A stretch of 64,000 nt of DNA from Trueperaceae bacterium. Lineage in GTDB: Bacteria; Deinococcota; Deinococci; Deinococcales; Trueperaceae. The translations under genes and the position numbers were made by a program. Shown here in pieces: positions 48,157 to 61,745 of this stretch (positions are counted from its first letter, which is position 1; each line of letters starts with the position of its first letter). The DNA lies in the NCBI GenBank assembly GCA_965214405.1, contig OZ243956.1:480001-544000 (forward strand). Reading direction: 5' to 3'. The notes below the pieces were generated by a model. That model made no database searches and had not been told where the DNA came from. It worked only from the letters and a program-made list of their open reading frames with translations.

Positions 48157-49056
48157 GTGAGCATCACGCCATCCCCCGAGTCCCCACCTGAGCCTCCCGT
48201 GTCGCCCTCGCGCGTCGAGAAGATTTTCGACTTTGAGGGGAGCTTATCGGCTCGAGCCCTCTACATCTACTTGCCCGCGGGCTACGACGAGCAGCCCGAC
48301 ACGCACTACCCCGTCCTCTACATGCACGACGGCCAGAACCTCTTTGAGGCGTTTGTGGAGGATTCTTACCTGGGCTCGTGGCGCGCGGACGAAACGGCGG
48401 ACAGGCTTATTAGGGAAGACCGGATGCAGCCCTGCATCATCGTCGGGGTGAGTAACGGCGGGGAGGCGCGGCTGGCGGAGTATCTGCCGCCCTATGCGTC
48501 ATACACGCTTCCCGCACCCAAAATAAAACGTAAGGGCAAGGGGCGCAAAATCCCTCTCAAACCTTTGAAAGGCCGCGCGGATGAGACCTTTGCGTACTAC
48601 CGCGACGAGGTCGCGCCCTTTGTCGCGGCGAACTACCGCGTCTTGACGGGCCGCGAGTACACCGCCACGGGCGGCTCGTCGTTGGGCGGGCTCTTTTCGA
48701 CCTACATTGCCTGGGAGCACCCCGAGTTCGCACGGGGCCACGCGATTTTGTCGCCGTCGTACTGGATTACTCGAGACGAGGGGGGAGAGATGGAGACGGT
48801 GAGGCGTCTCCGCAAGGGCGAACCGCGCGACCTGCGGCTTTGGCTCGACAGCGGCACGCTAGACAGCCCCGGTAAGGGCGACGACGGGATGGAGGATACA
48901 AAAAAGGCGAGGGACGCGCTGCTTGCGAACGGTTTTGAGGAGGGTGCCGACTTCCGTTACTTTTTGGATGAGGGCGCGACGCATCATGAGGACGCCTGGG
49001 CTGGGCGCTTGCCGCAGATTTTTGAGTTTCTTTTTCCCCCGGAAGATGTATGTTAG
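48157..49056 (+). CDS. Alpha/beta hydrolase (putative esterase)
   Basis: YPVLYMHDGQNLF, GGSSLGG, LWLDSG and HHEDAW motifs. Confidence 0.9.
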   Translation: MSITPSPESPPEPPVSPSRVEKIFDFEGSLSARALYIYLPAGYDEQPDTHYPVLYMHDGQNLFEAFVEDSYLGSWRADETADRLIREDRMQPCIIVGVSNGGEARLAEYLPPYASYTLPAPKIKRKGKGRKIPLKPLKGRADETFAYYRDEVAPFVAANYRVLTGREYTATGGSSLGGLFSTYIAWEHPEFARGHAILSPSYWITRDEGGEMETVRRLRKGEPRDLRLWLDSGTLDSPGKGDDGMEDTKKARDALLANGFEEGADFRYFLDEGATHHEDAWAGRLPQIFEFLFPPEDVC

Positions 49057-49074
49057 AGCCATGTTGAGATTTTT

Positions 49075-49812
49075 ATGCTGAGACGTTACGAAATTCTTCA
49101 CAGCCCCGCCGTGGGCAAAGGCGTGCAGGTGCTGGCCTACGGGCACTACGGCGCGCCCTTAATCGCCTTTCCGTCGGGGGGCGGGCAGTTTTTTGACTTC
49201 GAGGGCAACGGGATGGTTGAGGCGGTGGCGGGGCTGCTCGAGCACGGCAAGCTCAAAATCTACTGCCCCGAAAGCTTGGACCACGAATCGTGGCTGAATC
49301 ACAACATCGACCCGCACTGGCGCGCGGTGAGGCACGGAGCGTATGAAGATTTCATCCTCAAAGACCTCGTCCCGGCCATCCGCCACGACTGCGGTGACCC
49401 GCACCTCAAAATCGGCCTGACGGGCTGCTCGATTGGCGCGTACCACGCGGCCAACTTCGCGCTCAAACATCCCGAGACGTTTCACTACGCCCTGTGCTTA
49501 AGCGGGCGCTATAACTTAGAAGCCCTCTGCGGCCCCAGCGACTCAATGGACGTTTATTTTAACAACCCGCTGGCCTACCTGCCCAACCTCCACGGTGAGG
49601 CTTTGGACCGTGTGCGTGGGACTCACCTTGCATTGGTCTGCGGGCAGGGCGCGTGGGAGGGCAAGTGTTTGGCCGACACCAACCGCCTGGCCGACCTCCT
49701 GACCGAAAAGGGTATTCCGCACGAGCGTGATGTTTGGGGTTTTGACGTGGAGCATCATTGGTACTGGTGGCGGCGGCAGTTCGCACATCATATGAACCGG
49801 GCGCTAGGGTAG
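49075..49812 (+). CDS. Esterase family protein
   Basis: YGHYGAPLIAFPS, GCSIGAYHA, DVYFNNP and DVWG motifs. Confidence 0.88.
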   Translation: MLRRYEILHSPAVGKGVQVLAYGHYGAPLIAFPSGGGQFFDFEGNGMVEAVAGLLEHGKLKIYCPESLDHESWLNHNIDPHWRAVRHGAYEDFILKDLVPAIRHDCGDPHLKIGLTGCSIGAYHAANFALKHPETFHYALCLSGRYNLEALCGPSDSMDVYFNNPLAYLPNLHGEALDRVRGTHLALVCGQGAWEGKCLADTNRLADLLTEKGIPHERDVWGFDVEHHWYWWRRQFAHHMNRALG

Positions 49813-50004
49813 ACAAAAAAGGGCGTGCTAAAGTGAAATTTTGGGGGGCGCTCTCACGTATCTTAGAGGGAACGGGGCGGCGCGAACCGTCACTTGTCGT
49901 GGCTGAATATAGTTGCTGGATATACTTATGGTCACCGCAGGCAGAGAGAAAATCACGCGTAATTTTTGCCGGTTTTGCCGGATGGACGATGTTAGGGGAG
50001 ATTT

Positions 50005-51786
50005 ATGGTGAAGGTTGACGAGCCGACGCTAGGGGCGTCGGTCGAAGAGAACGGTGTGCGCTTTCGCGTATGGGCACCCGCGACGGAGCGTGCGGAAGTC
50101 GTGTTGAGGCCCTCCGGCGAGAGTGTCGATATGAAAAAAGAGGGTGACTACTTTACCGCCCTCTTGCCGAACGCAAAAGCGGGCGACCGCTACCGCTACC
50201 GCTTAGACGGCGAGAATACATTTCCCGACCCCGCCTCGAGGTTCCAGCCCGAAGGCGTCCACGGCCCCTCGCAGGTGGTGGACCCAAACGCGTACGCTTG
50301 GAGCGACGCGGGTTGGCAGGGGGTGCCGCAAAAAGAGCTGATCTTTTATGAACTTCACGTCGGCACCTTTTCGCCCGAGGGCAGGTATGAGGGGGTGCGG
50401 CAAAAGCTGTCTTACTTAAAAGAGCTGGGCATTACCGCCATCGAACTTATGCCGCTGGCCGACTTTCCCGGCGAGCGCGGCTGGGGCTACGACCCGGCAG
50501 CCTTTTTCGCGCCCGCGCACGCTTACGGCGCGCCCGACGAGCTGCGACGTTTGGTGGACGAGGCGCACGCGCAGGGGCTGGCGGTGTTTCTCGACGTGGT
50601 GTACAACCACTTCGGCCCCGACGGGGCTTACTTGCCCGCTTACAGCCCCTTTGTCTTTACCGACCGGCACCACACGCCGTGGGGACAAGCGGTCAATCTA
50701 GACGGGCAAGGCTCAGAAGGCGTACGCAGATTCTTTTTAGAAAATGCCCTCCACTGGCTCCGCGAGTACCACTTCGACGGCTTTAGGCTCGACGCGACCT
50801 TTGCGCTGATTGACGATTCGCCAAAACATTTTTTGGTCGAGCTGTCAGAAGTTGTGGAGAGGGTGCCGGGCTGGCGCAGGACGCTCGTCGCCGAGGACCC
50901 GCGCAATATGCGGGCGCTGCTCGAGCCCCGCTCCAGTGGCGGCTACGGCCTAGACGCCGTGTGGGCGGACGATTTTCACCACCAGATGCGGCGGCGGCTA
51001 GCAGGGGACAGACACGGGTATTACCAGGATTTTAGCGGCTCAAACGAGGACCTCGCCACCACGCTCAACCAGGGCTGGTTTTTTAGCGGCCAACATTCAG
51101 AAAACGAAGGCGGCCCGCGCGGCACCGACCCGGCGGGGCTGCCCAAAGAAGCCTTCGTCCTCTGCATCCAAAACCACGACCAGATCGGCAACCGCCCGCA
51201 GGGCAACAGGCTTTCAGATGACGCGTCGCCCGCCGCGTTTCGCGCGGCGAGCGCGGCCCTACTCTTCGCGCCCGAGTTGCCGTTAATCTTTATGGGTCAG
51301 GAGTGGGGCGCGGACACGCCCTTTCAGTATTTCACCGACCACAACGAGGAACTGGGCAAGCTCGTGTCAAAAGGCCGCAAGGAAGAATTTAAGGACTTCC
51401 CCGGCTTCGGCGGCGAGGTGCCCGACCCGCAGGACGAGGCGAGTTTTAACAGGAGCAAGCTCGAGTGGGACGAGCTAAACGTGCCGGGTCACGCGAAGAC
51501 GCTCCAACTTTATAAAGATTTGCTCCGTACGCGGCGGGACTTGTCGGGCGACTTTGAGGTTCAGGCGAGCGCGGGCGGGCTTGTGCTGAAACGCGGAAGG
51601 CATGTGCTGCTTGTGGCTCTGGACGGAGGTACGACGGTGTCACTCGAGCATACAGCGGTGGAAGGCGATATTCGCTGGCAGACCGAGAGCAACGCCTACA
51701 CCGACGATCCCAAACCCGCTCGAGTCGAGGGTAATGAAGTGCATTTCGAGGTGCCGGGTGCGGCGCTGCTCGAGGCGAACGCGTGA
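50005..51786 (+). CDS. treZ: Malto-oligosyltrehalose trehalohydrolase
   Basis: FRVWAP, PDPASRFQPEGVHGPS, DVVYNHFGPDG and QNHDQIGNR motifs. Confidence 0.95.
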   Translation: MVKVDEPTLGASVEENGVRFRVWAPATERAEVVLRPSGESVDMKKEGDYFTALLPNAKAGDRYRYRLDGENTFPDPASRFQPEGVHGPSQVVDPNAYAWSDAGWQGVPQKELIFYELHVGTFSPEGRYEGVRQKLSYLKELGITAIELMPLADFPGERGWGYDPAAFFAPAHAYGAPDELRRLVDEAHAQGLAVFLDVVYNHFGPDGAYLPAYSPFVFTDRHHTPWGQAVNLDGQGSEGVRRFFLENALHWLREYHFDGFRLDATFALIDDSPKHFLVELSEVVERVPGWRRTLVAEDPRNMRALLEPRSSGGYGLDAVWADDFHHQMRRRLAGDRHGYYQDFSGSNEDLATTLNQGWFFSGQHSENEGGPRGTDPAGLPKEAFVLCIQNHDQIGNRPQGNRLSDDASPAAFRAASAALLFAPELPLIFMGQEWGADTPFQYFTDHNEELGKLVSKGRKEEFKDFPGFGGEVPDPQDEASFNRSKLEWDELNVPGHAKTLQLYKDLLRTRRDLSGDFEVQASAGGLVLKRGRHVLLVALDGGTTVSLEHTAVEGDIRWQTESNAYTDDPKPARVEGNEVHFEVPGAALLEANA

Positions 51787-54515
51787 GCGCGCCCACCCCC
51801 AACTCAACGCTCACGTCAGGCGCGTCCTCGCCCACAGGCCCGATGGTCGCGTCTTACCGCCTCCAGCTCACGCCCGACTTTGTGTTTGAGGACGTGCGGG
51901 CGCTCCTGCCCTACTTCCAAAAACTCGGCGTGAGCCACCTCTACTTGTCCCCCATCACCGAGGCGCGGCGCGGCTCGACGCACGGCTACGACGTGATCGA
52001 CCACAACGCGGTGCGCGAGGCGTTTGGGGGGGCGGAAGGACTGGAGAGCCTGCGCGAGGCGGCGCAGGAGGCGGGACTCTCGCTCATCCTCGACTTTGTC
52101 CCCAACCACGCCGGAGTGGGGCCGCGCAACGTCTACTGGCAAGACATCCTGGCGTACGGTCCCTATTCGGAGGACGCGGCCTTTTTCGACATCGACTGGA
52201 ATCCCTTAAAAGACGAGCTTCACGACAAAATCTTGTTGCCCTTTTTGGGCAAGCCCTACGGCGAGGTTTTAGAAGAAGGCGAGCTTGGTTTAAGTTACGA
52301 CGACGGGCGCTTCTACGCGCGCTACTTCGACAACCGCTTTGCGCTCTCTCCGGCGAGCTACGACGCGATTTTAGGAGCGGCGCTGCCGAGCTTCGAGCGA
52401 ACTGAAGTGTACTTCGACCTCAAAGATTTGCTCGAGGCGTACGAAGCTTTAGAGCCGAGCGAGCGCACCAAGGCCGAGGGCCTGCGCACGAGACTTCTGG
52501 CGCTGAGCGAAACCGTCGACTGGGACGCGCTTCTAAAACTGCCGACAAGCGCGATGCACGCGCTTTTGGAGCGTCAGTTCTGGCGGCTCTCGTACTGGAA
52601 AACGGCGGGCGCGGAAATCAATTACCGTCGATTTTTCGACATCAACGAACTTGTGGGCCTGCGGATGGAAAATTCGGAGGTGTTCTGGGACTCGCACCGG
52701 CTCTTGGGCGAACTCGTGGTCAAGGACGGCGTCGCGGGCGTGCGGATCGACCACATCGACGGACTTTTTGACCCGCAGGGTTATCTGGAGGCGCTTCATA
52801 CCCTGGGGGCCAAAAGGGTGTGGGTCGAGAAAATCTTGGCCCCCGGCGAGACGCTGCCCGAAGACTGGCTCACAGTCGGCACCTCGGGCTATGAATTCAT
52901 GAACGACGCGATGGGCGTGCTTACCTACGGCGGCGGCGCGGAAGGGCTTAAACGCCTCTACCGCCGCTTTGTGGACGGCGTGGTGCCCTTTGATGAAGAG
53001 GTCCATAGGAGCAAGCGCTTGGTCATGGAGACGAGCCTGTCGGGCGAGCTTGTCCGGCTGGCGAACGAACTCAACCGGCTCTCTGAGGCGGACTACCGCA
53101 CCCGCGACTTCACCTTGGAGGCGCTGCGCGAGGCGCTCCTAGAAATCATCGCCGCCTTTTCGCGCTACCGCACCTATTTGCCCCACTATCCCGTTGAGGC
53201 TCGAGAAGTGATTCACAGCGCCATAGAGCAGGCGCGGCGGCGCAGCGTCACGTTGGAAACGTCCATCTACGAATTTATCGAGCGCATGTTGGTCGGCGAG
53301 GTGCGTGAGGACTTGCAAGAGATGCAAGCCGCGTTTATCGGGCGCTTTCAGCAGTACACCGCGCCCGTGGCGGCCAAGGGCGTCGAGGACACCGCCTTTT
53401 ACCGTTACCTGCCGCTCGTGGCGCTCAACGAAGTGGGCGGCGAGCCCGAGCACATCGGCGTGACGCCGCAGGCGTTTCACGCCCGCTCTCGTTTTCGCGC
53501 CTACCGCTACCCCGACAACCTGCTCGCCACCGCCACCCACGACCACAAGCGCGGCGAGGACACCCGGATGCGGCTCATCGTCTTGAGCGAACTTGCGAGC
53601 GCGTGGGAAGAAACGCTCCTAGCGCTTTCAGGTGAAGCAGAGAAAATCCGCCGGGGCGGGTTAGAAGCTTCCGGCGGCCCCTCCCGCAACGACATGTACC
53701 TCTTCTATCAGCTTCTGGTCGCGCTCTGGATAGGTCCAGACGGGAAGGTGTCAGAAGACAAGGAAACGCTGGCCGACAGGTTGGTCGACTACATGCGCAA
53801 GGCGGCGCGCGAGGCCAAAGAGCATTCGTCGTGGCTCAACCCGAACGAGGCGTACGAGAAAGCGTTGGAGGCGTTTGTTCGTGAGACGGTCTCGAGCGAC
53901 GCCGTGGGTGAGGCGATAGGCGACCTCGCGGGAAGGCTCGCTCACCACGGCTTTAGCAACACCCTGGCCCAACTCGTGCTCAAAACGACCACGCCGGGAA
54001 TGCCCGACTTTTACCAAGGCACCGAACTCTCGGATTTGTCCCTGGTGGACCCTGACAACCGCAGGCCGGTGGATTACGGCTACCGTGACAATCTTTTAGA
54101 AGAGTTCGCGGAACTGCTCTCCTCACCCGGCGCGGGGACGCTCCAGAAGCTTTTTGAGGGGCGCGACGAACGCCTCAAGCTCATCACGACCGCGCGCCTG
54201 TTGCGGTTGCGGCTCGAGCATAGCGGGCTTTTCTGCGGGGAGTATAGGGCGCTCGAGCTCTCCGGCGAGGCCGCGGAACACGGTCTGGCCTTCTCGCGCG
54301 AGGCGGACGGCAAAGCGCTGGTCGTCTTCGTCACGCGTTTTCCCGCGACTTTAGAAGAAAAAGGCGGCTGGGGCGACGCCGAGGTGACGCTGCCGGACGG
54401 ACTCGCCGGGCGTTCCTATGAGGACGTGGTCACGGGGATGAAGCTTGACAGCCCTCTTAAACCGGGCGAGTTGCCGCTGCCCTTCGCGGTACTCCTCAGC
54501 ACGGACGCAAATTAA
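51783..54515 (+). CDS. treY: Malto-oligosyltrehalose synthase
   Basis: SYRLQ, GSTHGYDV, NYRRFFDIN, RIDHIDGL, THDHKRGED and SLVDPDNRRPVD motifs. Confidence 0.95.
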   Translation: MSAPTPNSTLTSGASSPTGPMVASYRLQLTPDFVFEDVRALLPYFQKLGVSHLYLSPITEARRGSTHGYDVIDHNAVREAFGGAEGLESLREAAQEAGLSLILDFVPNHAGVGPRNVYWQDILAYGPYSEDAAFFDIDWNPLKDELHDKILLPFLGKPYGEVLEEGELGLSYDDGRFYARYFDNRFALSPASYDAILGAALPSFERTEVYFDLKDLLEAYEALEPSERTKAEGLRTRLLALSETVDWDALLKLPTSAMHALLERQFWRLSYWKTAGAEINYRRFFDINELVGLRMENSEVFWDSHRLLGELVVKDGVAGVRIDHIDGLFDPQGYLEALHTLGAKRVWVEKILAPGETLPEDWLTVGTSGYEFMNDAMGVLTYGGGAEGLKRLYRRFVDGVVPFDEEVHRSKRLVMETSLSGELVRLANELNRLSEADYRTRDFTLEALREALLEIIAAFSRYRTYLPHYPVEAREVIHSAIEQARRRSVTLETSIYEFIERMLVGEVREDLQEMQAAFIGRFQQYTAPVAAKGVEDTAFYRYLPLVALNEVGGEPEHIGVTPQAFHARSRFRAYRYPDNLLATATHDHKRGEDTRMRLIVLSELASAWEETLLALSGEAEKIRRGGLEASGGPSRNDMYLFYQLLVALWIGPDGKVSEDKETLADRLVDYMRKAAREAKEHSSWLNPNEAYEKALEAFVRETVSSDAVGEAIGDLAGRLAHHGFSNTLAQLVLKTTTPGMPDFYQGTELSDLSLVDPDNRRPVDYGYRDNLLEEFAELLSSPGAGTLQKLFEGRDERLKLITTARLLRLRLEHSGLFCGEYRALELSGEAAEHGLAFSREADGKALVVFVTRFPATLEEKGGWGDAEVTLPDGLAGRSYEDVVTGMKLDSPLKPGELPLPFAVLLSTDAN

Positions 54516-54537
54516 GGAGCCGTAGCGGGTTGCGTAG

Positions 54538-54577
54538 CTCTCCCCCAACCCCTCTTACCAAGGGATGTGGGGAGAGC
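54538..54577. terminator. Stem-loop between convergent treY and glgX
   Basis: CTCTCCCC...GGGGAGAG inverted repeat. Confidence 0.45.
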
Positions 54578-54651
54578 CCCCTCGCACAGTGTCTAAGAAA
54601 TCCGATATCCGAAGCGGGATTGGCGCAGGTTTATAACGACTCTCGCGCTGT

Positions 54652-56889
<2,238 letters not shown>

Positions 56890-56955
56890 GGGGAGCATCA
56901 TAAGAAATTTGTGAGGGGTGAACGTTAGCGCGGGGCACGCAAACAAAGGGGCATT

Positions 56956-57003
56956 GTGTGGTTTGGGGTGTGGTTTGGGGTGTGGTTTAGGGTGTGGTTT
57001 AGG
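56956..57003. repeat. Four tandem 12-bp repeats GTGTGGTTT(G/A)GG
   Basis: Read directly: two copies of GTGTGGTTTGGG followed by two of GTGTGGTTTAGG. Confidence 0.9.
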
Positions 57004-57131
57004 CTCGAGCCCCAACCCACTTTTCCTGCCTAGAGAGTAAGGAAAACGAGCCCTTAGATTCTATTTTCCACTTATCACTCGGCCCTTTCTCCAACGCAAC
57101 ACCTGCGTGACATAAGATTCGGCCCCGACGC

Positions 57132-58958
57132 CTAAATTACATGCTTATCCGATAACCGGCGGTCGATGTCAAACGCGGCGCTGATGAGGCCCAGATGGGT
57201 AAACGCCTGCGGAAAGTTGCCCAGATGCTCGCCGCGCGGCCCCAGCTCCTCGGCGTAGAGCCCGACGTGGTTGGCGTAGCCGAGCATCTTTTCAAAGTGG
57301 TAGCGCGCGCTCCTAAGGTCGCCCGAGCGCGACAAACATTCGGCGTACCAGAACGAGCAGATATTGAAGGTGCCTTCACTGCCCTCCAACCCATCACCAC
57401 CCGCCGCGTTGCAGTAGCGGTAGACGAGCGAATCGTCGACCAGTTCGCGCTCCACGGCGCGTAAGGTCGAGAGCCAGCGCGGGTCGGTGGGACCCAAAAA
57501 CTTGACCAGAGGCATGAGCAAACACGCGGCGTCTAGGTTGGTGGAGCCCTTGTGCTGCACGAACGCGCCGATATCTTCGTTCCAGAAGTTGTCAAAAATA
57601 TCAAAATAGATGGCGTCTCTCACCTCGTGCCAGCGCGCCAGGGGTGCGGGAAACGAGCGTTTTTGCGCCAATCTATAGCCGCGGTCAATCGCCACCCAGC
57701 ACATAAGGCGTGAATATAAGAATTCCTGCTTGCCGTCCCGCATCTCCCAAATCCCGTGGTCGGGCTCCCGCCAGTGCTCGCAGACCCAGTCAATCAGCCG
57801 GGTGAGGTTGCGCCACAGGTCATACGAGATGGGCTGGCCGTACTTGTTAAAAAGGTAAACCGAATCCATCAGCGCGCCGTAGATGTCGAGCTGGAGCTGG
57901 TCGTAGGCGGCGTTGCCGACGCGGACAGGGCTCGAGCCGCGGTAGCCCTCCAAGTGCTCCAGCGTTTTTTCGGGCAACTCGTCCTCACCGCCGACGCCGT
58001 ACATGACTCCGAAAAGCTCATCGCCCTCCAGCTCAGCACAACGCTGCGAAATCCAGTCCATAAACGCCGCCATCTCGTCCGTGTAGCCGAGCCTCGAGAG
58101 CGCGTAGAGCGTAAACGAGGCGTCCCGAATCCAGGTGTAGCGGTAGTCCCAGTTGCGCTCCCCCCCTATCTCCTCAGGCAGCCCAAAAGTCGCGGCGGCC
58201 ACCACCGAGCCCGCGGGCGCGTAGGTAAGGAGCTTTAAGGCCAGAGCCGAGCGGTTCACTTCCGCGCGCCAGAGCCCGCGATAGGTGGAGCGGCCCATCC
58301 AGTCCTGCCAGTAGTTGACGGTTTCCTTGAACGATTGGGAAATAAAGTGGGGGTCTTTGGCCGGTGACTCACCCTCTTCCTCCAACAAAAACCACAGACT
58401 CTCCCCCGCGCCCAAAGTAAAGTCCGCAACCGCCGCGTCGTGTTCCCCCACCCGCTCCACCGTGAGCGGCGCGGGCGTCCGCAGCCGCAGCGTGAGGTTA
58501 TCCGACACGAACAGCGCCCCCTCGTCGTCAAGCTCCACCGTATGTTCCCCGCGCGCGTAGTCGAAGCGCGGCGCGCAGACCATCCGGAAGTGAACCCCGC
58601 CCCGCACCGTTTTCGCGCGCCGCACCACCCGGTGAAGGTGCGCGCGGCTCACGGGCATGAAGTCCGACACTTCCGCCACGCCCTCATGAGACAAAAAGCG
58701 CGTGAGGAGGACGTTGGTGTCGGGTAAGTAGAGTTGCTTGTGGCGCGCGTTATCCAAGACCGGCGCGAGCCGAAAAAATCCGCCCTTGTCGGCGTCTAAA
58801 AGCGCGGCAAAAATCGACGGCGAGTCGAAGCGCGGGAAACACATGTAGTCAATCGAGCCGTCTAGCGCGACCAGGGCCACCGTGTGCATATCGCCGATGA
58901 CGCCGTAGTTTTCGATAGGTTTATAGGACGGGGTAGCGTCTTGCTCTCGGTTCGGCAT
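57132..58958 (-). CDS. Glycoside hydrolase family 15 (glucoamylase/trehalase-like)
   Basis: [22 protein letters not shown] and [10 protein letters not shown] motifs. Confidence 0.93.
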   Translation of the reverse strand: MPNREQDATPSYKPIENYGVIGDMHTVALVALDGSIDYMCFPRFDSPSIFAALLDADKGGFFRLAPVLDNARHKQLYLPDTNVLLTRFLSHEGVAEVSDFMPVSRAHLHRVVRRAKTVRGGVHFRMVCAPRFDYARGEHTVELDDEGALFVSDNLTLRLRTPAPLTVERVGEHDAAVADFTLGAGESLWFLLEEEGESPAKDPHFISQSFKETVNYWQDWMGRSTYRGLWRAEVNRSALALKLLTYAPAGSVVAAATFGLPEEIGGERNWDYRYTWIRDASFTLYALSRLGYTDEMAAFMDWISQRCAELEGDELFGVMYGVGGEDELPEKTLEHLEGYRGSSPVRVGNAAYDQLQLDIYGALMDSVYLFNKYGQPISYDLWRNLTRLIDWVCEHWREPDHGIWEMRDGKQEFLYSRLMCWVAIDRGYRLAQKRSFPAPLARWHEVRDAIYFDIFDNFWNEDIGAFVQHKGSTNLDAACLLMPLVKFLGPTDPRWLSTLRAVERELVDDSLVYRYCNAAGGDGLEGSEGTFNICSFWYAECLSRSGDLRSARYHFEKMLGYANHVGLYAEELGPRGEHLGNFPQAFTHLGLISAAFDIDRRLSDKHVI

Positions 58959-58997
58959 AGGGGGCAGCATAACGCAGCGTGAGGGCGAGAAAGAGCG

Positions 58998-59846
58998 TCA
59001 GACCTCCCAGAACTTTAGTTCGCTCTCCCGCACCTCCGGCAGCGCCCGCTTGGCAAAAGCGAGAAGGCCGTCGCGGTCGGGGGGCTCGAGGTAATACCGG
59101 AAATTCCCCAGGTAGCGCCTCACCACCGTGGGCGACAGGGCGAGTTTTTCGGCCTCAACGTCCGCCACCGCCGCCAGATGCCCCAGCCCCCGCTCGCGCG
59201 CCGCGCGCAACTCGGCCACCAGCCGCTTTGAGGGCGGCGCGTCTCGTCTGGCAGCCCACACCGCAAAGGTAAAGGGCAACCGCGTGAGGTCGTACCAGGC
59301 GCGGCCCAGGTCGGTAACAAAGGGCTGACGCCCCTCCACCTCACGCCGCGCCACGGCCTCTTTGAGCGCGCTGTCGCCAATCAGGAGCGCCGCGTCGCAA
59401 GCTATAAGCATCGCGTCCAAGTCGGGTTTCATCGGGACGACTTCGGGCGTGAGGTGAGAGGCGTGGAGCAGGACCTCGAGCAGCTTCACGCTCGTTGCCG
59501 AATCCGTCGTCAAGGCAACCCGCTTGCCCGACAGCGCCTCCCACGGCTCCCAGTGAAAGAGCATCACGCTGTAGACGGGGCCAAGGGTGGAAATGGAAAA
59601 GTCAGGCAGCGCCACAAGTTCATGGCGGTGGCGCAAGAACTCGACGGACGAGACCAGCGTCAGGTCAATCTCGCCCGCCAAGAGCTGTTGGTTAAGCGCC
59701 GTCGGTACACCCCGGACGAAGCGCACCCCCTCCCAGGGCGTCAGGCCCCAGTGTAAGGGCGCGACGTTGGTATAAGAAACGATGCCCAAGCGCTCGAGCG
59801 CCCCCACAGATTGACGCGTTGCAGGTACAAGGTTAGGGAGGTTCAT
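58998..59846 (-). CDS. mqnA: Chorismate dehydratase (futalosine pathway)
   Basis: SYTNVAPL, VYSV, SATSV, LLIGDSAL and DLG..W...T.LPFTFAVW motifs; near mqnE. Confidence 0.88.
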   Translation of the reverse strand: MNLPNLVPATRQSVGALERLGIVSYTNVAPLHWGLTPWEGVRFVRGVPTALNQQLLAGEIDLTLVSSVEFLRHRHELVALPDFSISTLGPVYSVMLFHWEPWEALSGKRVALTTDSATSVKLLEVLLHASHLTPEVVPMKPDLDAMLIACDAALLIGDSALKEAVARREVEGRQPFVTDLGRAWYDLTRLPFTFAVWAARRDAPPSKRLVAELRAARERGLGHLAAVADVEAEKLALSPTVVRRYLGNFRYYLEPPDRDGLLAFAKRALPEVRESELKFWEV

Positions 59847-60226
59847 ATTGCCACTTCTTGCCTTATCTCGTGACCTTTGGCTTTTAGAATATCGAGAACG
59901 GCCTCGAGCGACTGATCCTTGACAAGCAGATAGTCTGTATCGAAGGTAGAAAGTGCGAAAACACTTATCTTCGCTTCGGCAAGAGGCGCGGTAAGTGAGG
60001 CGAGAATGCCGGTAAGGTGAAATTCCAACGGCCCCGCCACCCGCAGATATCGCCAGTTTCCTTCAGCCTTAACTCGTTCTGGAACACACCGCGCGTCACA
60101 AACAACGGAAAGTCCGTCAGGTGTGCGCGTGACGCTCTGAAAGCCGCCGCCAAGCCAGGTTGGATAGTCGGCATCCGCGGGCAAGCGGCATACGGCCAGG
60201 GTTTCAGGGAGAAGCTCGAGGGTCAT
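59843..60226 (-). CDS. ACT domain protein (CASTOR/ACT_7-like)
   Basis: SVTRTPDGLSVV, GPLEFHLTGIL and STFDTDYLLV motifs. Confidence 0.9.
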   Translation of the reverse strand: MTLELLPETLAVCRLPADADYPTWLGGGFQSVTRTPDGLSVVCDARCVPERVKAEGNWRYLRVAGPLEFHLTGILASLTAPLAEAKISVFALSTFDTDYLLVKDQSLEAVLDILKAKGHEIRQEVAI

Positions 60227-60239
60227 GCTAAGTTAGCGG

Positions 60240-60482
60240 TTAGGCGTGAACCTTTAGCTCACCACAAAGCGTGTCAAGCGCAAAAATTTCTCCGGCAGCA
60301 ATCTCACGTTTTACCGAGGCGGCCAAACGGTCCCACTGCTCATCCGACGTCTCTGCAAAGCTTTCCGCCCAAAGCTTATTGTCCTTGATTTCTTCCAAAA
60401 GCCGCGCAGCAACCGCGTTTTGTTCGGTAGGGTGCAGCTTCTCGAGTTCAGTGATGACTTGCTGGAGCAGTTCAGTTGCCAC
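60240..60482 (-). CDS. Small hypothetical protein resembling the antitoxin of RelE/ParE-type pairs
   Basis: TELLQQVI.ELEKL...EQNAVA..LLEEI.D...W..SF pattern; AGGAGG RBS. Confidence 0.65.
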   Translation of the reverse strand: MATELLQQVITELEKLHPTEQNAVAARLLEEIKDNKLWAESFAETSDEQWDRLAASVKREIAAGEIFALDTLCGELKVHA

Positions 60483-60503
60483 GCTGTACCTCCTGTACTC
60501 GGT

Positions 60504-61628
<1,125 letters not shown>

Positions 61629-61704
61629 AGTGTCCTGAGTATAGCAATGCCCGCTCAAATCCAATGAAAGGCACCTTGCAAAAAGTTTCACAAGTAGAAT
61701 TCAT

Positions 61705-61735
61705 AAAAGGCGGGCTGCAACATTACAACCCGCCC
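61705..61735 (-). terminator. Intrinsic terminator
   Basis: Minus strand GGCGGGTTGTAATGTTGCAGCCCGCC followed by TTTT. Confidence 0.65.
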
Positions 61736-61745
61736 AGCGCCCAAG

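Noticed and set aside
56956..57003. Repeat array as a possible CRISPR
   Set aside because: Units are 12 bp and contiguous with no spacers, and no cas genes are present in the window.
56890..57015. N-terminal PHPK-repeat extension of GlgX in the ORF track
   Set aside because: It is the translation of the intergenic 12-bp repeat. GlgX similarity starts at MRLLTG (56889), directly after a TATGAT box.
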